Source of the DNA: a virus
Taxonomy: Duplodnaviria; Caudoviricetes
Virus record (IMG/VR): IMGVR_UViG_3300020403_002101
Location: 1-34,497 of that record
Strand: one strand, 5' to 3'
DNA length: 34,497 nt
The position numbers and the translations under genes were made by a program. Of the stretch, positions 1 to 9,526 are shown piece after piece. How positions within the stretch are numbered: position 1 is the stretch's first letter; the number at the start of each line of letters is the position of its first letter. The notes under the pieces were generated by a model that searched no databases, was not told the DNA's origin, and saw nothing but the letters and a program-made list of their open reading frames with translations.

Positions 1-2
1 AT

Positions 3-1382
3 AGAGAATTACATCTCAATGAATTTATACCTAAAGTAGGTAAATACCTTAAAGATAGAAACATCGATTTTCAGATGTATTTCTGTCATCAAGTAGACGA
101 TAAACTCTTTAATAGAGGGGCGACTAAAAATATTGCAGCTAAACATGCTTTAGAAGAAGGATGTGATTATATAGTATGGCATGATATTGATATGATTCCT
201 GTAGAAGGAGGAGGCGCAGACTATTCATTTCCAGAAAAAGCTCCAAGACATATTGCTACTAAAATAGAACAGATGGACTGGCAGTTAAAATATCATGAAT
301 ATTTTGGTGGTGCCGTTTTATTTAGTAAAGAACAATTAGAAGCTACTAATGGTTATTCAAATGATTATTGGGATTGGGGTATGGAGGATGATGATTTATT
401 TTGGAGATGCCACAAGGAAGGTTTAACTAATGATAGTTACTTAGATGTTAATTTAGATGGTACTCAATTTATAAGATTTAACGGAGATGATGCCTCAGCT
501 TCTATTGATATACCAGAACAATATAAAAACTTTAATAGAAGATCTCATACAGTTTCAGTTTTAACTAGAGCATTTCAAATGCCTGATAAGAATCCTATAT
601 TCTTAATCGGTAGTAAAAAAAGAAGATATGTTGAATACCCAATATTAAGAGTACCAGGTTATGATTACGGTATATCTTTTAATAATTCTAGAGCTTTATC
701 ATTAACTTTTTGGAATACTTTTAATCAACATAATTACATGTGGTTGAAAAGATATGATAATCAATGGAGCTGGGTAACTGTAGTATTTGATGATTATAAT
801 AAACTATCTCATTTTTATTTAAATGGTACTGAAGTAGATTCCTTAGCAGGATTTGGTTCTCCATCACCATATAAGTATGAAGGTAGATTAAAAAAATATA
901 ATGTAGATAAAGTATATTTAGGATCAACACCATCTGAAAAAGAAGATAGCCCTATAAAATATTTCAAAGGAGATATTGCATCAGTTAGAATATGGGATAG
1001 AGATTTAACTCCTACAGAAGTTGAAAACTTACATAAAGAGGTTCCTTCAGATGGCTTATTTATAGATTTAGATCCTGGTGATTTGAGTTCATATAATAGT
1101 GATAATATTACCATAAGTAAAGATGATATTAGAATACCTAACTCTATAATCCCACATAGAGTAGAAGGTAAGATGAGATGTTTACCTCATAAGGATGAAG
1201 GTATAGTTGGCGGTAAGTTTGTAAAAGGAGAAACTACAGCTAGGAATGAAAGACGTTATGTCTTAGAAATGCAGCAAAATAAAATTAACTATAAAAATGA
1301 TGGCTTAAAACAGGTTAAGTATGAACTTGTAGGAGAAGAGATACTTACACCGTGGGCTAAGATGATCAATGTTAAATTATGA
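3..1382 (+). CDS. GT7 (beta-1,4-galactosyltransferase-like) glycosyltransferase with inserted LamG/concanavalin A-like domain; 5'-truncated by the window edge
   Basis: The frame is open from nt 3 (RELHLNEFIPKVGKYL...), so the ATG at 75 is internal. GT7 motifs: FNRG..KNI, WHDIDMIP (DxD), YFGGAVLF, NGYSNDYWDWGMEDDD and C-terminal DGLKQVKY. LamG-like segment: WSWVTVVFD..HFYLNG..YFKGDIASVRIWDRDLTPTEV. Confidence 0.85.
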   Translation, partial: RELHLNEFIPKVGKYLKDRNIDFQMYFCHQVDDKLFNRGATKNIAAKHALEEGCDYIVWHDIDMIPVEGGGADYSFPEKAPRHIATKIEQMDWQLKYHEYFGGAVLFSKEQLEATNGYSNDYWDWGMEDDDLFWRCHKEGLTNDSYLDVNLDGTQFIRFNGDDASASIDIPEQYKNFNRRSHTVSVLTRAFQMPDKNPIFLIGSKKRRYVEYPILRVPGYDYGISFNNSRALSLTFWNTFNQHNYMWLKRYDNQWSWVTVVFDDYNKLSHFYLNGTEVDSLAGFGSPSPYKYEGRLKKYNVDKVYLGSTPSEKEDSPIKYFKGDIASVRIWDRDLTPTEVENLHKEVPSDGLFIDLDPGDLSSYNSDNITISKDDIRIPNSIIPHRVEGKMRCLPHKDEGIVGGKFVKGETTARNERRYVLEMQQNKINYKNDGLKQVKYELVGEEILTPWAKMINVKL

Positions 1383-2758
1383 ACACATCCTACGCAAAGG
1401 TAAGAGATCAGCTCAATCAAAAAGGATGTGGGTTTTGTCTCGCTAAATGGACTCAAGTAACTATGCACTTAGGTGTTGGTTTGACTCACTCATGTCACCA
1501 CCCGGTACAACATAAGATACCACTTGCAGAGTTAAAAAGAAATCCTTCTGCCTTACATAATACAAGATATAAAAAGCTTAAGAGAAAAGAAATGCTGGAA
1601 GGTAAAAGACCAGCAGAATGTAACTATTGTTGGAATATAGAAGATAACTCTAATGCTTTTTCAGATAGAACTTTTAAATCTGCAGAACCTTGGTCTTTAG
1701 ATCAAATGGAAAAGATTAAAACTTCTAATTGGAGAGATAACTATAATCCAAGATATGTAGAAGTTTCTTTTTCTAATACTTGTAACTTAAAATGTGCTTA
1801 TTGTGGACCTCAATATTCATCTAAATGGGTAGAAGAGATAGAAAAGCATGGTGAATATAAAACATCTACTGAATTTAATAGTATAAAGTTACTTAAAGAA
1901 AGGGATGAAATGCCTCTTAAGAAGACTGAACATAATCCTTATGTAGAGGCTTTTTGGGAATGGTGGCCTGATTTATACCCAGACTTACATACATTTAGAA
2001 TTACTGGAGGTGAACCTTTACTATCTCCTGATACATTCAAAGTATTAGAATATATTCAAGAAAACTGGGAACAGAATCCTAAGTTATCTTTAGCTATCAA
2101 TACTAACTTAGCCGTACCAGATAAATTAATTCAAAGAATGTTAACTATAGCAGAAGATTTAGTTAATAATAATAAAGTTAGAGAGTTTATTATCTTTACT
2201 TCAGTAGAGGCTATTGGTAAGCAAGCTGAATATACTAGATGGGGATTAAAGTATGATAAGTTTTGGGAAAATATAGATGAAATTTGTACTAGACTTCCTA
2301 AAGTAACTGTTAATATTATGGCTGCATTTAATGCATTATCTGTATTTACTTATGGTGAATTGATAGATAAAGTATTAGAGATGAAAAAGAAACATAATAA
2401 CGGACAAAGATACTGGATGACACCAGTACAGTTAGATACTGCATATATTAGATGGCCAATGCATTTATCAGTTAAAATATTAGAAGCTAAAGATAAAGAA
2501 AATATATTAGAAGCAGCTAAAAAAGCTTTGCATTATGGTTCTAATAAAATGACTAAAACTACATACGGTTTTACTGACGTAGAAATACAAAAGATTAAAA
2601 GAGTATATGATTATGCGATAGCAGAAGATTCTTTTGATACTGAAAAGTATAGAAAAGATTTTGGAATCTTTATAGAAGAAAATGATAAAAGAAAAGGAAC
2701 TAACTTTAAAGAAGTATTTCCTGAATTAGCAGAATTTTATGATAAATATAAGCCGTAG
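1379..2758 (+). CDS. Radical SAM protein 1 with N-terminal Twitch/SPASM-like domain (SCHHP type)
   Basis: CNLKCAYC (CX3CX2C), ITGGEP, INTN; N-terminal FCLAKW..SCHHP..CNYCW; ATGA overlap with the upstream gene. Confidence 0.92.
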   Translation: MNTSYAKVRDQLNQKGCGFCLAKWTQVTMHLGVGLTHSCHHPVQHKIPLAELKRNPSALHNTRYKKLKRKEMLEGKRPAECNYCWNIEDNSNAFSDRTFKSAEPWSLDQMEKIKTSNWRDNYNPRYVEVSFSNTCNLKCAYCGPQYSSKWVEEIEKHGEYKTSTEFNSIKLLKERDEMPLKKTEHNPYVEAFWEWWPDLYPDLHTFRITGGEPLLSPDTFKVLEYIQENWEQNPKLSLAINTNLAVPDKLIQRMLTIAEDLVNNNKVREFIIFTSVEAIGKQAEYTRWGLKYDKFWENIDEICTRLPKVTVNIMAAFNALSVFTYGELIDKVLEMKKKHNNGQRYWMTPVQLDTAYIRWPMHLSVKILEAKDKENILEAAKKALHYGSNKMTKTTYGFTDVEIQKIKRVYDYAIAEDSFDTEKYRKDFGIFIEENDKRKGTNFKEVFPELAEFYDKYKP

Positions 2759-3335
2759 ACATCCATGGGCATTATGGCCTAACAGTATCTGCCCAGCATT
2801 TTTAGATAAACCTGCTGTAGATAGATTACAAGGAGATCAGTATTGGAAAATAGATATAACTTTTTCATATAATGAAGTTAATATGAAGAATCAAAAAGAT
2901 ATATTTTGTATAGTTCCTAAATATACTGGACTCTCAGTATATGAAAAGAGAATATTTATAGGTGTAGGCCATGAAGACGAAGATGACTGGCATGGCACAG
3001 GTGAATTTATACAACCTAATACTAAGGAACATTTTACATTTGAACATTTTCCTAAAGATAAATTAGTTGTATATAGAAACGGTGTTAAAACTTTTGAATA
3101 TTCATTAGTTATGAGACCATTGGCAGTAGTATCACCACCTAAAGAACCTATAGTATTTATAGGAACTGATAGACATATAGTACAAGATCAACCCGAGGAT
3201 GATGATATTACAGTTTACGAATTTAAAATAACAGTTAAAGAAGGAGTTATTTGTCACCATGATTGGAGTGAAATAATTCATCATAAGTCTGTTGATAAAA
3301 CAGGTAATTGTAACTTCTTGTATGAAATGGCATGA
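2739..3335 (+). CDS. Hypothetical protein, probable LamG/concanavalin A-like beta-sandwich
   Basis: Beta-strand patterning, HFTFEH..LVVYRNG, IVFIG and C-terminal DKTGNCN resembling the DxSGNGN motif of LamG proteins. Overlaps both neighbours. Confidence 0.55.
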   Translation: MINISRRHPWALWPNSICPAFLDKPAVDRLQGDQYWKIDITFSYNEVNMKNQKDIFCIVPKYTGLSVYEKRIFIGVGHEDEDDWHGTGEFIQPNTKEHFTFEHFPKDKLVVYRNGVKTFEYSLVMRPLAVVSPPKEPIVFIGTDRHIVQDQPEDDDITVYEFKITVKEGVICHHDWSEIIHHKSVDKTGNCNFLYEMA

Positions 3336-4681
3336 AAACCAGTTACGAAAGAACAAGGCAGATTATAAAAGATATAGCTCCTCAATCGTTTTGTGCAGCA
3401 AAATGGTACAATGTATCTATATGGCTAGGTAATGGTAGAACAGCTTCATGTCACCATCCATTAGCTCATAAAATACCAGATGATGAATTAGCAGCTGATG
3501 CATCTGCATTACATAATACAAAACATAAAAAAGAACAAAGACGTAAAATGCTTGCAGGTGAAAGACCTGCTGAATGTGGTTATTGTTGGAGAGTAGAAGA
3601 TGCAGCTCAAAGTGAAGAAATTAATAGTGATAGAATATATCAAACTGCTAGATATACCGAAGAAGAAATAAAAGCATTAAAAGATATACCTTGGGATAAA
3701 AATGTAAATCCTAAAACTGTAGAAATATGTTTTGACAACTTATGTAACTTAGCTTGTTCATATTGTAACTCAGAATTTAGTTCTACATGGTCTAAAGATA
3801 TATCTACTAAAGGTGAGTATAAAAATATGGTTACTGACGGTGGTAAAACGTATAGACAAGATGGTTCTATAGCAATGCCATTTGGTAATAAGAATGAAGG
3901 TAACATTTATGTGAAACGATTTTTTGATTGGTTCCCTGAAATAAAAGATGGTATTCAAGAATTAAGAGTATCAGGAGGAGAACCTTCTCGTAGTCCTTCT
4001 TTCTGGAAACTTATTGACGTTAGTAATGACGAAAAATTTGACTTTGCAGTTAATAGTAATCTAATTATGGAAGATTCTAGATTAGATAGATTAATTAACG
4101 CTGGTCAAAAGTTTAAAAAATTAGATATCTATACATCTGCAGAATGTATGTATAAAAACCAAGAATTCGTTAGAGATGGATTCGTGTGGGATGTATGGGA
4201 AAAGAATCTTAAGAAGGCTAATGCCTCACCTCATGTGAACGGGGTATATATTATGATGACTATTTCTGTTCTAAGTATATGGACAGTAGCTGAATTTTTA
4301 CAGCAAATAGTAACATGGAAAAAAGAATGTAATGATATACATGCATTTTTTATGTCTGTTAATATACTCCGTTTCCCTTCTTTTCAGAGTGTAAATATGT
4401 TACCTCAAGCTACAAAAGAAATGTTAGCTGATAAAATAGAGAAGGTTATGGAGGTAAATAAAGACTGGATTAACGATTTAGAAAGGAATCAATTCCAAAG
4501 GTTGCTTATTTATTTAAGAAGGGTGGATACTTCTTATGAGGATGTTGATGCTTACGGTAAAAAGAAAAATGATTTTATTAACTTCATAGATCAGTATGCC
4601 GAAAGAAGAGATAAACCCATAAAAGAGTATATGCCTAATAAATTTTTAAATTGGTACGAAGACCTTAAGAATGGAGAATAA
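3332..4681 (+). CDS. Radical SAM protein 2 with N-terminal Twitch/SPASM-like domain (SCHHP type)
   Basis: CNLACSYC, VSGGEP, VNSN; FCAAKW..SCHHP..CGYCW; closest paralog of 1379..2758 (shared SALHNT..KK..R..ML.G.RPAEC). Confidence 0.92.
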   Translation: MKTSYERTRQIIKDIAPQSFCAAKWYNVSIWLGNGRTASCHHPLAHKIPDDELAADASALHNTKHKKEQRRKMLAGERPAECGYCWRVEDAAQSEEINSDRIYQTARYTEEEIKALKDIPWDKNVNPKTVEICFDNLCNLACSYCNSEFSSTWSKDISTKGEYKNMVTDGGKTYRQDGSIAMPFGNKNEGNIYVKRFFDWFPEIKDGIQELRVSGGEPSRSPSFWKLIDVSNDEKFDFAVNSNLIMEDSRLDRLINAGQKFKKLDIYTSAECMYKNQEFVRDGFVWDVWEKNLKKANASPHVNGVYIMMTISVLSIWTVAEFLQQIVTWKKECNDIHAFFMSVNILRFPSFQSVNMLPQATKEMLADKIEKVMEVNKDWINDLERNQFQRLLIYLRRVDTSYEDVDAYGKKKNDFINFIDQYAERRDKPIKEYMPNKFLNWYEDLKNGE

Positions 4682-5945
4682 GCCAAAATTTTTATGCTCA
4701 TTACCATGGGAACATTTAAGTATACATCCTCATGGTCATTCATCTCCTTGTTGTGAAGTAGACTGGGGGAGTGATATCGCTTTTGCAAAAAATAAAATTA
4801 ATGGTCAATATACTCCTAGTGTTTTAAATATTGATAGAGATGGACCTGAAGCCATAATGAACTCTGATGCTTATAAGCAAATAAGAAAAGAGATGCTAGC
4901 AGGAGATGTACCAACTCCCTGTCTTACTTGTTATAGACTAGAAGAAGCAGGAGGACAATCAAAAAGAAATAGAGAAAAAATAGTAGAAGAAGATTATTTA
5001 CGTTCTATAACTCAAGATGACGGTACCATAGAAGTAGATATTCAGAACTTGGAACTTAGATTAGGTAACTACTGTAATTTAAAATGTAGATCATGCAATG
5101 CTGAATCTTCTACATCTTGGATTGATGACTATTATAAGTTAAAAGATGAGATTCATATGCCTAGTATTTTCGATAAGTTAAAAAACTCAGAAGATACTTC
5201 ATATGAATGGGTTGATAAAGAAGAATTTTACGAAGAAATTTTAAAATACACCTCTAAACTTCATAGACTTCAGATAAGTGGTGGAGAACCTTTCCTTGTT
5301 GATAAACATAGTCATTTACTAGATTTATTAATTGATAATGATATAGCTAAAAACGTTCATATATCTTATATTACAAATGCTAATTATAACTTTGATAAAG
5401 TTAGTCAAAAGTTCTTTGATAAACTTACTAAGTTTAAAAGTGTTAATATGTCAATTAGTATAGATGATGTAGATAAAAGAAATACATATATTAGAAGTTT
5501 AAGTAACTGGAATTTAACTATAAAAAATCTTAAAAGATTTATAAATGAATATCCTTCATTTCATTATTCAGTAACTCAGACTATAAATGTATTTAACTTT
5601 TTATATGTAGAAGAATTATCACAGTTTTTAATTAATGAAGGCTTACTTTCCTTAACTGGAAAAAAACCTCTTTATATAAATGATAATTATGTCTTCTCTC
5701 CTGAGTATCAAAGTGCTAATGTTTTACCTTTAGATGTAAGAAGAGAAAAAATAGATAGTATAGAAGGTAAATTACCCGTAACATTTTATAATAGATTAAA
5801 GTCTAACTTTTATAATACAGATTGCAATGAGTTAGGTATAGATTGGATAAAAACTACTAATGCTGTAGATAGAGTAAGAAGAGAAAAAGTTACTGATATA
5901 TTTCCTGAGTTATATAAAATTATAGCAAATGAGTACAAAATTTAA
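4671..5945 (+). CDS. Radical SAM protein 3 with N-terminal Twitch/SPASM-like domain
   Basis: CNLKCRSC, ISGGEP, ITNA, ISID; LCSLPW..PCC..CLTCY. Confidence 0.92.
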   Translation: MENKPKFLCSLPWEHLSIHPHGHSSPCCEVDWGSDIAFAKNKINGQYTPSVLNIDRDGPEAIMNSDAYKQIRKEMLAGDVPTPCLTCYRLEEAGGQSKRNREKIVEEDYLRSITQDDGTIEVDIQNLELRLGNYCNLKCRSCNAESSTSWIDDYYKLKDEIHMPSIFDKLKNSEDTSYEWVDKEEFYEEILKYTSKLHRLQISGGEPFLVDKHSHLLDLLIDNDIAKNVHISYITNANYNFDKVSQKFFDKLTKFKSVNMSISIDDVDKRNTYIRSLSNWNLTIKNLKRFINEYPSFHYSVTQTINVFNFLYVEELSQFLINEGLLSLTGKKPLYINDNYVFSPEYQSANVLPLDVRREKIDSIEGKLPVTFYNRLKSNFYNTDCNELGIDWIKTTNAVDRVRREKVTDIFPELYKIIANEYKI

Positions 5946-7311
5946 ATGGCCTAAACACGATAAACTAAAAAGTACAAAATCGTTTTGTGTACTTCCTTGG
6001 TTGCATTTAAATGTACAACCTAACGGAGATATATATCCTTGCTGTATGGCACCCTATGGAGATACTATAGGTAATACATCAGACGATACTTTAGAAGAAA
6101 TATGGAACGGAGAAGCCATGAAAGACATCAGAAAAAAGATGTTAACTGGAGATAGACCAGAATTATGTCAAAGATGTTTTCTAATAGAGGATAATGGTTT
6201 AAATAGTCCAAGATACACTCATAACGATTACTTTAGAAATCGTATGGAGGAAGTATTAGATATGACTGATGAAAAAACAGGAGAGTTATCTGAGTTTAAA
6301 TTAAGATATTGGGACTTTAGATGGTCTAATATTTGTAATTTTAAATGTAGAATGTGTGGAGTTTACTCTAGTAGTAAATGGCATCAAGAAGCTATGGAAC
6401 TTCATAACGATACTACAGCAGCTGATACTAAAGGTATATTAGAGTTTAATTCAAAAGGTAAAGAAGATACTTTTGCTTTAATAGATAAGTTTATATATGA
6501 TGTAGAAGAGATATATTTTGCTGGAGGTGAACCTTTAGTGATGGAAGAACATTATTTAATTTTAGAGAAACTTATAGCAGCTGGAAGAACCGATGTAAGG
6601 TTAAGATATAATACTAACTTTAGTCATTTAAAATTTAAAAAATGGGATTTATTTGGAATGTGGCAACATTTTATAAATGATCCTAAAGGACATATACAAT
6701 TATTTGCTTCGTTAGATGCAGTAGGTAAATTAGCAGAAGTAATTAGAGACGGCACTAAATGGAATAACGTATACCAGAATATTAAAAAATGTCAAGGTAC
6801 CGGTATTATGATTTATTTTTCTCCTACTATTAGTTTACTAAATATGTTCTTTATAGATGAACTTATAGATGTAGCAGCAGAATTAAATATAGACGTAGAT
6901 AAAATAAACGTAAATAATATATTAACAACCCCAGGATTTTATGATGTTAGATTATTACCTCAATACCTTAAAGATGAATTAATAAATAAATTAAAAGATT
7001 ATAGAGATAATAAAGTACATCCTAAATATAGAGGAGTAGTAGAATATGGTTTAAAAAGTTGGAGTAGTTTTATTAACGAACCATTCAAAGGAAATAGAGA
7101 AGCTGAAGAGCAAAGTTTACTAGCTAATACAGTCTATTTAGATGTTAGCCGTAAACAATCTTTTTTAGAAGTTAACCCTCAATATGAAAGATGGTTTAAA
7201 GAGATAAGACATAGACTTGATAGCAAAGGAATAGATTGGAAAAAATTACCAAAAGGAAAGAAAGAACCAGTAATAAAAGTAACTAAAAAAGAAACCAGGC
7301 CTTTAATATGA
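5929..7311 (+). CDS. Radical SAM protein 4 with N-terminal Twitch/SPASM-like domain
   Basis: CNFKCRMC, FAGGEP, YNTN, ASLD; FCVLPW..PNGDIYPCC..IGN..TLEEIWNG..CQRCF is a close match to the SPASM/Twitch pattern. Confidence 0.93.
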   Translation: MSTKFKWPKHDKLKSTKSFCVLPWLHLNVQPNGDIYPCCMAPYGDTIGNTSDDTLEEIWNGEAMKDIRKKMLTGDRPELCQRCFLIEDNGLNSPRYTHNDYFRNRMEEVLDMTDEKTGELSEFKLRYWDFRWSNICNFKCRMCGVYSSSKWHQEAMELHNDTTAADTKGILEFNSKGKEDTFALIDKFIYDVEEIYFAGGEPLVMEEHYLILEKLIAAGRTDVRLRYNTNFSHLKFKKWDLFGMWQHFINDPKGHIQLFASLDAVGKLAEVIRDGTKWNNVYQNIKKCQGTGIMIYFSPTISLLNMFFIDELIDVAAELNIDVDKINVNNILTTPGFYDVRLLPQYLKDELINKLKDYRDNKVHPKYRGVVEYGLKSWSSFINEPFKGNREAEEQSLLANTVYLDVSRKQSFLEVNPQYERWFKEIRHRLDSKGIDWKKLPKGKKEPVIKVTKKETRPLI

Positions 7312-8336
7312 CAAAGGTACTAGATAAAAAAGATTGGGTCTGTACTCAACCATTTGAGTTTGCAGAAATATTCGACCATAAGATGTTTATGTGTTGCCCT
7401 AACTGGTTACCAGAAGATCTAGGAAATCCTAATAATATTTTAGATAATTTTAAATCTGAGAAAGCACAAGCTATTAGAGATAGCATGCTTGATGGCTCAT
7501 ATAAATACTGTATAGAGGCTAGATGTCCAAAACTTACAGGATTAAAAGAAGGTAAAACTACTGGTTTTATTCCTAAATCAGAATATATTAAAAGAATAAA
7601 GGAATTTGAAAATCAATACCCTCATCAGTTAAAATTTAATTTTGATCAAAGTTGTAATTTAAGATGTCCTTCTTGTAGATTAGATTTTATAAATTATGAA
7701 GGTAAGGAAAGAGAAAGAACAGAAGAATTAATTCAGAATATAGAAGACCAGGTTGGTAATATTTTAACTCATATTGAATGTACGGGATCAGGAGATCCTT
7801 TCTTTTCTAGAACTTTTAGAAAATGGATGATGAGATTTGATCCAACTAAGTATCCTAAGTTACAATCTATACATTTACATACTAATGGTACATTATGGAA
7901 TGAATCTAACTGGGTTAGAATGAAAAACGTTCACAGGTTTGTTAAGAGTTGTGAGATATCAGTAGATGCTTCTAATAAAGATACATATGAAAATGTTACT
8001 AGGTTAGGAGGTAAGTGGGATAAGTTGATGGAAAATTTAGAATATATTTCTAATATACCAACATTAAGAAATGTTACTCTATCATTTGTAGTTCAAAATG
8101 ACAACTTTACTGAAATGGTAGACTTTTATGATTTAGCAGGATCTATCTTTGGAGGTAAAAATAAAGAATGGAGTGTTTTTTATAATAGAGTAGTTAACTG
8201 GGGGCATTGGTCTAATGAAAAGTTTAATTCTGTCGATGTAGGTAACCCTAACCATCCAGAATTTAATGATCTAATGCAGGTATATAAAAGATTACCAGTC
8301 GTTAATAATATAAGACATAATTTAACTATATTATGA
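7308..8336 (+). CDS. Radical SAM protein 5 (divergent subfamily, GSGDP motif)
   Basis: CNLRCPSC, TGSGDPF, HTNG, ISVDA, RLGGKW; N-terminal VCTQPF..MCCP..CIEARCP. Confidence 0.9.
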   Translation: MTKVLDKKDWVCTQPFEFAEIFDHKMFMCCPNWLPEDLGNPNNILDNFKSEKAQAIRDSMLDGSYKYCIEARCPKLTGLKEGKTTGFIPKSEYIKRIKEFENQYPHQLKFNFDQSCNLRCPSCRLDFINYEGKERERTEELIQNIEDQVGNILTHIECTGSGDPFFSRTFRKWMMRFDPTKYPKLQSIHLHTNGTLWNESNWVRMKNVHRFVKSCEISVDASNKDTYENVTRLGGKWDKLMENLEYISNIPTLRNVTLSFVVQNDNFTEMVDFYDLAGSIFGGKNKEWSVFYNRVVNWGHWSNEKFNSVDVGNPNHPEFNDLMQVYKRLPVVNNIRHNLTIL

Positions 8337-9526
8337 GTTTGAGATGTGTACATATTGATGCTGGTTTAAGGATACAGAATAATGGTTCGTATTCACCTTG
8401 TTGTGTTGCAAGAGAAGTCGCGTATAAGGATGAAAATGGAGAGTATATGAATGTTAAGACTCATACATTCGATGATGCTTTTGCTTCTCCTACCTTAAAA
8501 GAAATAAGAGATGCTTTTAAAAATAATATTAAGCATCCAGGCTGTTCTGATTGTTGGCAAGAAGAAGAATTAGGTAAAAAAAGTAAAAGATTAAGAGATA
8601 ACGATAAAACTAAATTAGATAAAGTTACTTATAATAAACCTCATTCATTAGAACTTAATTTAGGTAATATCTGTAACCTTGCTTGTAGAATGTGTTATTT
8701 AGGAGCTTCAATGAATTGGAAAAAAGAAGTTAACTTAGTTAGAGATCCTGATGAGCAATGGGACAAGGAAAAAGTAAATTCAATTGCTAAAGAACATAAT
8801 AATTCTTTTACTGATGATAGTATTATATGGGAACAGCTCCATAAAAATATGAAATATGTTAAATGGATAGATACTTACGGTGGAGAGCCTATGATGATGA
8901 AAAAGCAATGGGATGCTTTACGTTATAGTGTAGAACAAGGATATGCTAAAGAACAGTATATTCATTTTAATACTAACGGTACTATATTTAAACCTGAGTA
9001 TGTAGATATTTTAAAACACTTTAAAAAAGTAGATATATCTTTCAGCATAGACGGCACTGAAAAGTATTTTGAATACATAAGATACCCAGCTAAATGGAGT
9101 GATGCAGAAAATACTATGGATACTTGGTTGGAAAATACAAAAGAATTTACTAACTTTGAATTTGACCTCTGTTTTACTTTTCAAATACTAAATGTACTTG
9201 ATTATGGTAAGACAGCGGCATGGGCTAAAGATAGAGGAATTAGAATTTATAGAAATGCAGTATATGCTCCAAAATATTATAATGCTACAAATATAGCAGA
9301 GGAGTTAAAACCTGCAGTTATAGAAAAAATTAGATCTATACCAGTTAAGTATCCTGAAATTAGAGAAGAATGGGAAGAGATAATAAACCATATTAACTTT
9401 AAAGAAGGAGAACCTGATGCATGGAGAAGATTTAAGACTTATAATAAAAATTTAGATAAATCTAGAAATCAATCTTTTGAGGAATTATTCCCAGAGGAAA
9501 CTAAGTTGTATAAAATAGTTATTTAA
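8333..9526 (+). CDS. Radical SAM protein 6 with N-terminal Twitch/SPASM-like domain
   Basis: CNLACRMC, YGGEP, FNTNGT, FSIDG, YIRYP; RCVHID..PCC..CSDCW. Confidence 0.92.
   Translation: MSLRCVHIDAGLRIQNNGSYSPCCVAREVAYKDENGEYMNVKTHTFDDAFASPTLKEIRDAFKNNIKHPGCSDCWQEEELGKKSKRLRDNDKTKLDKVTYNKPHSLELNLGNICNLACRMCYLGASMNWKKEVNLVRDPDEQWDKEKVNSIAKEHNNSFTDDSIIWEQLHKNMKYVKWIDTYGGEPMMMKKQWDALRYSVEQGYAKEQYIHFNTNGTIFKPEYVDILKHFKKVDISFSIDGTEKYFEYIRYPAKWSDAENTMDTWLENTKEFTNFEFDLCFTFQILNVLDYGKTAAWAKDRGIRIYRNAVYAPKYYNATNIAEELKPAVIEKIRSIPVKYPEIREEWEEIINHINFKEGEPDAWRRFKTYNKNLDKSRNQSFEELFPEETKLYKIVI

Noticed and set aside
1379-9526. 7-deazaguanine (QueE) or anaerobic RNR activase (NrdG) roles for the radical SAMs
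   Set aside because: The proteins are too long, carry an extra Cys domain, and no queC/queD/folE/dpdA or nrdD is present in the window.
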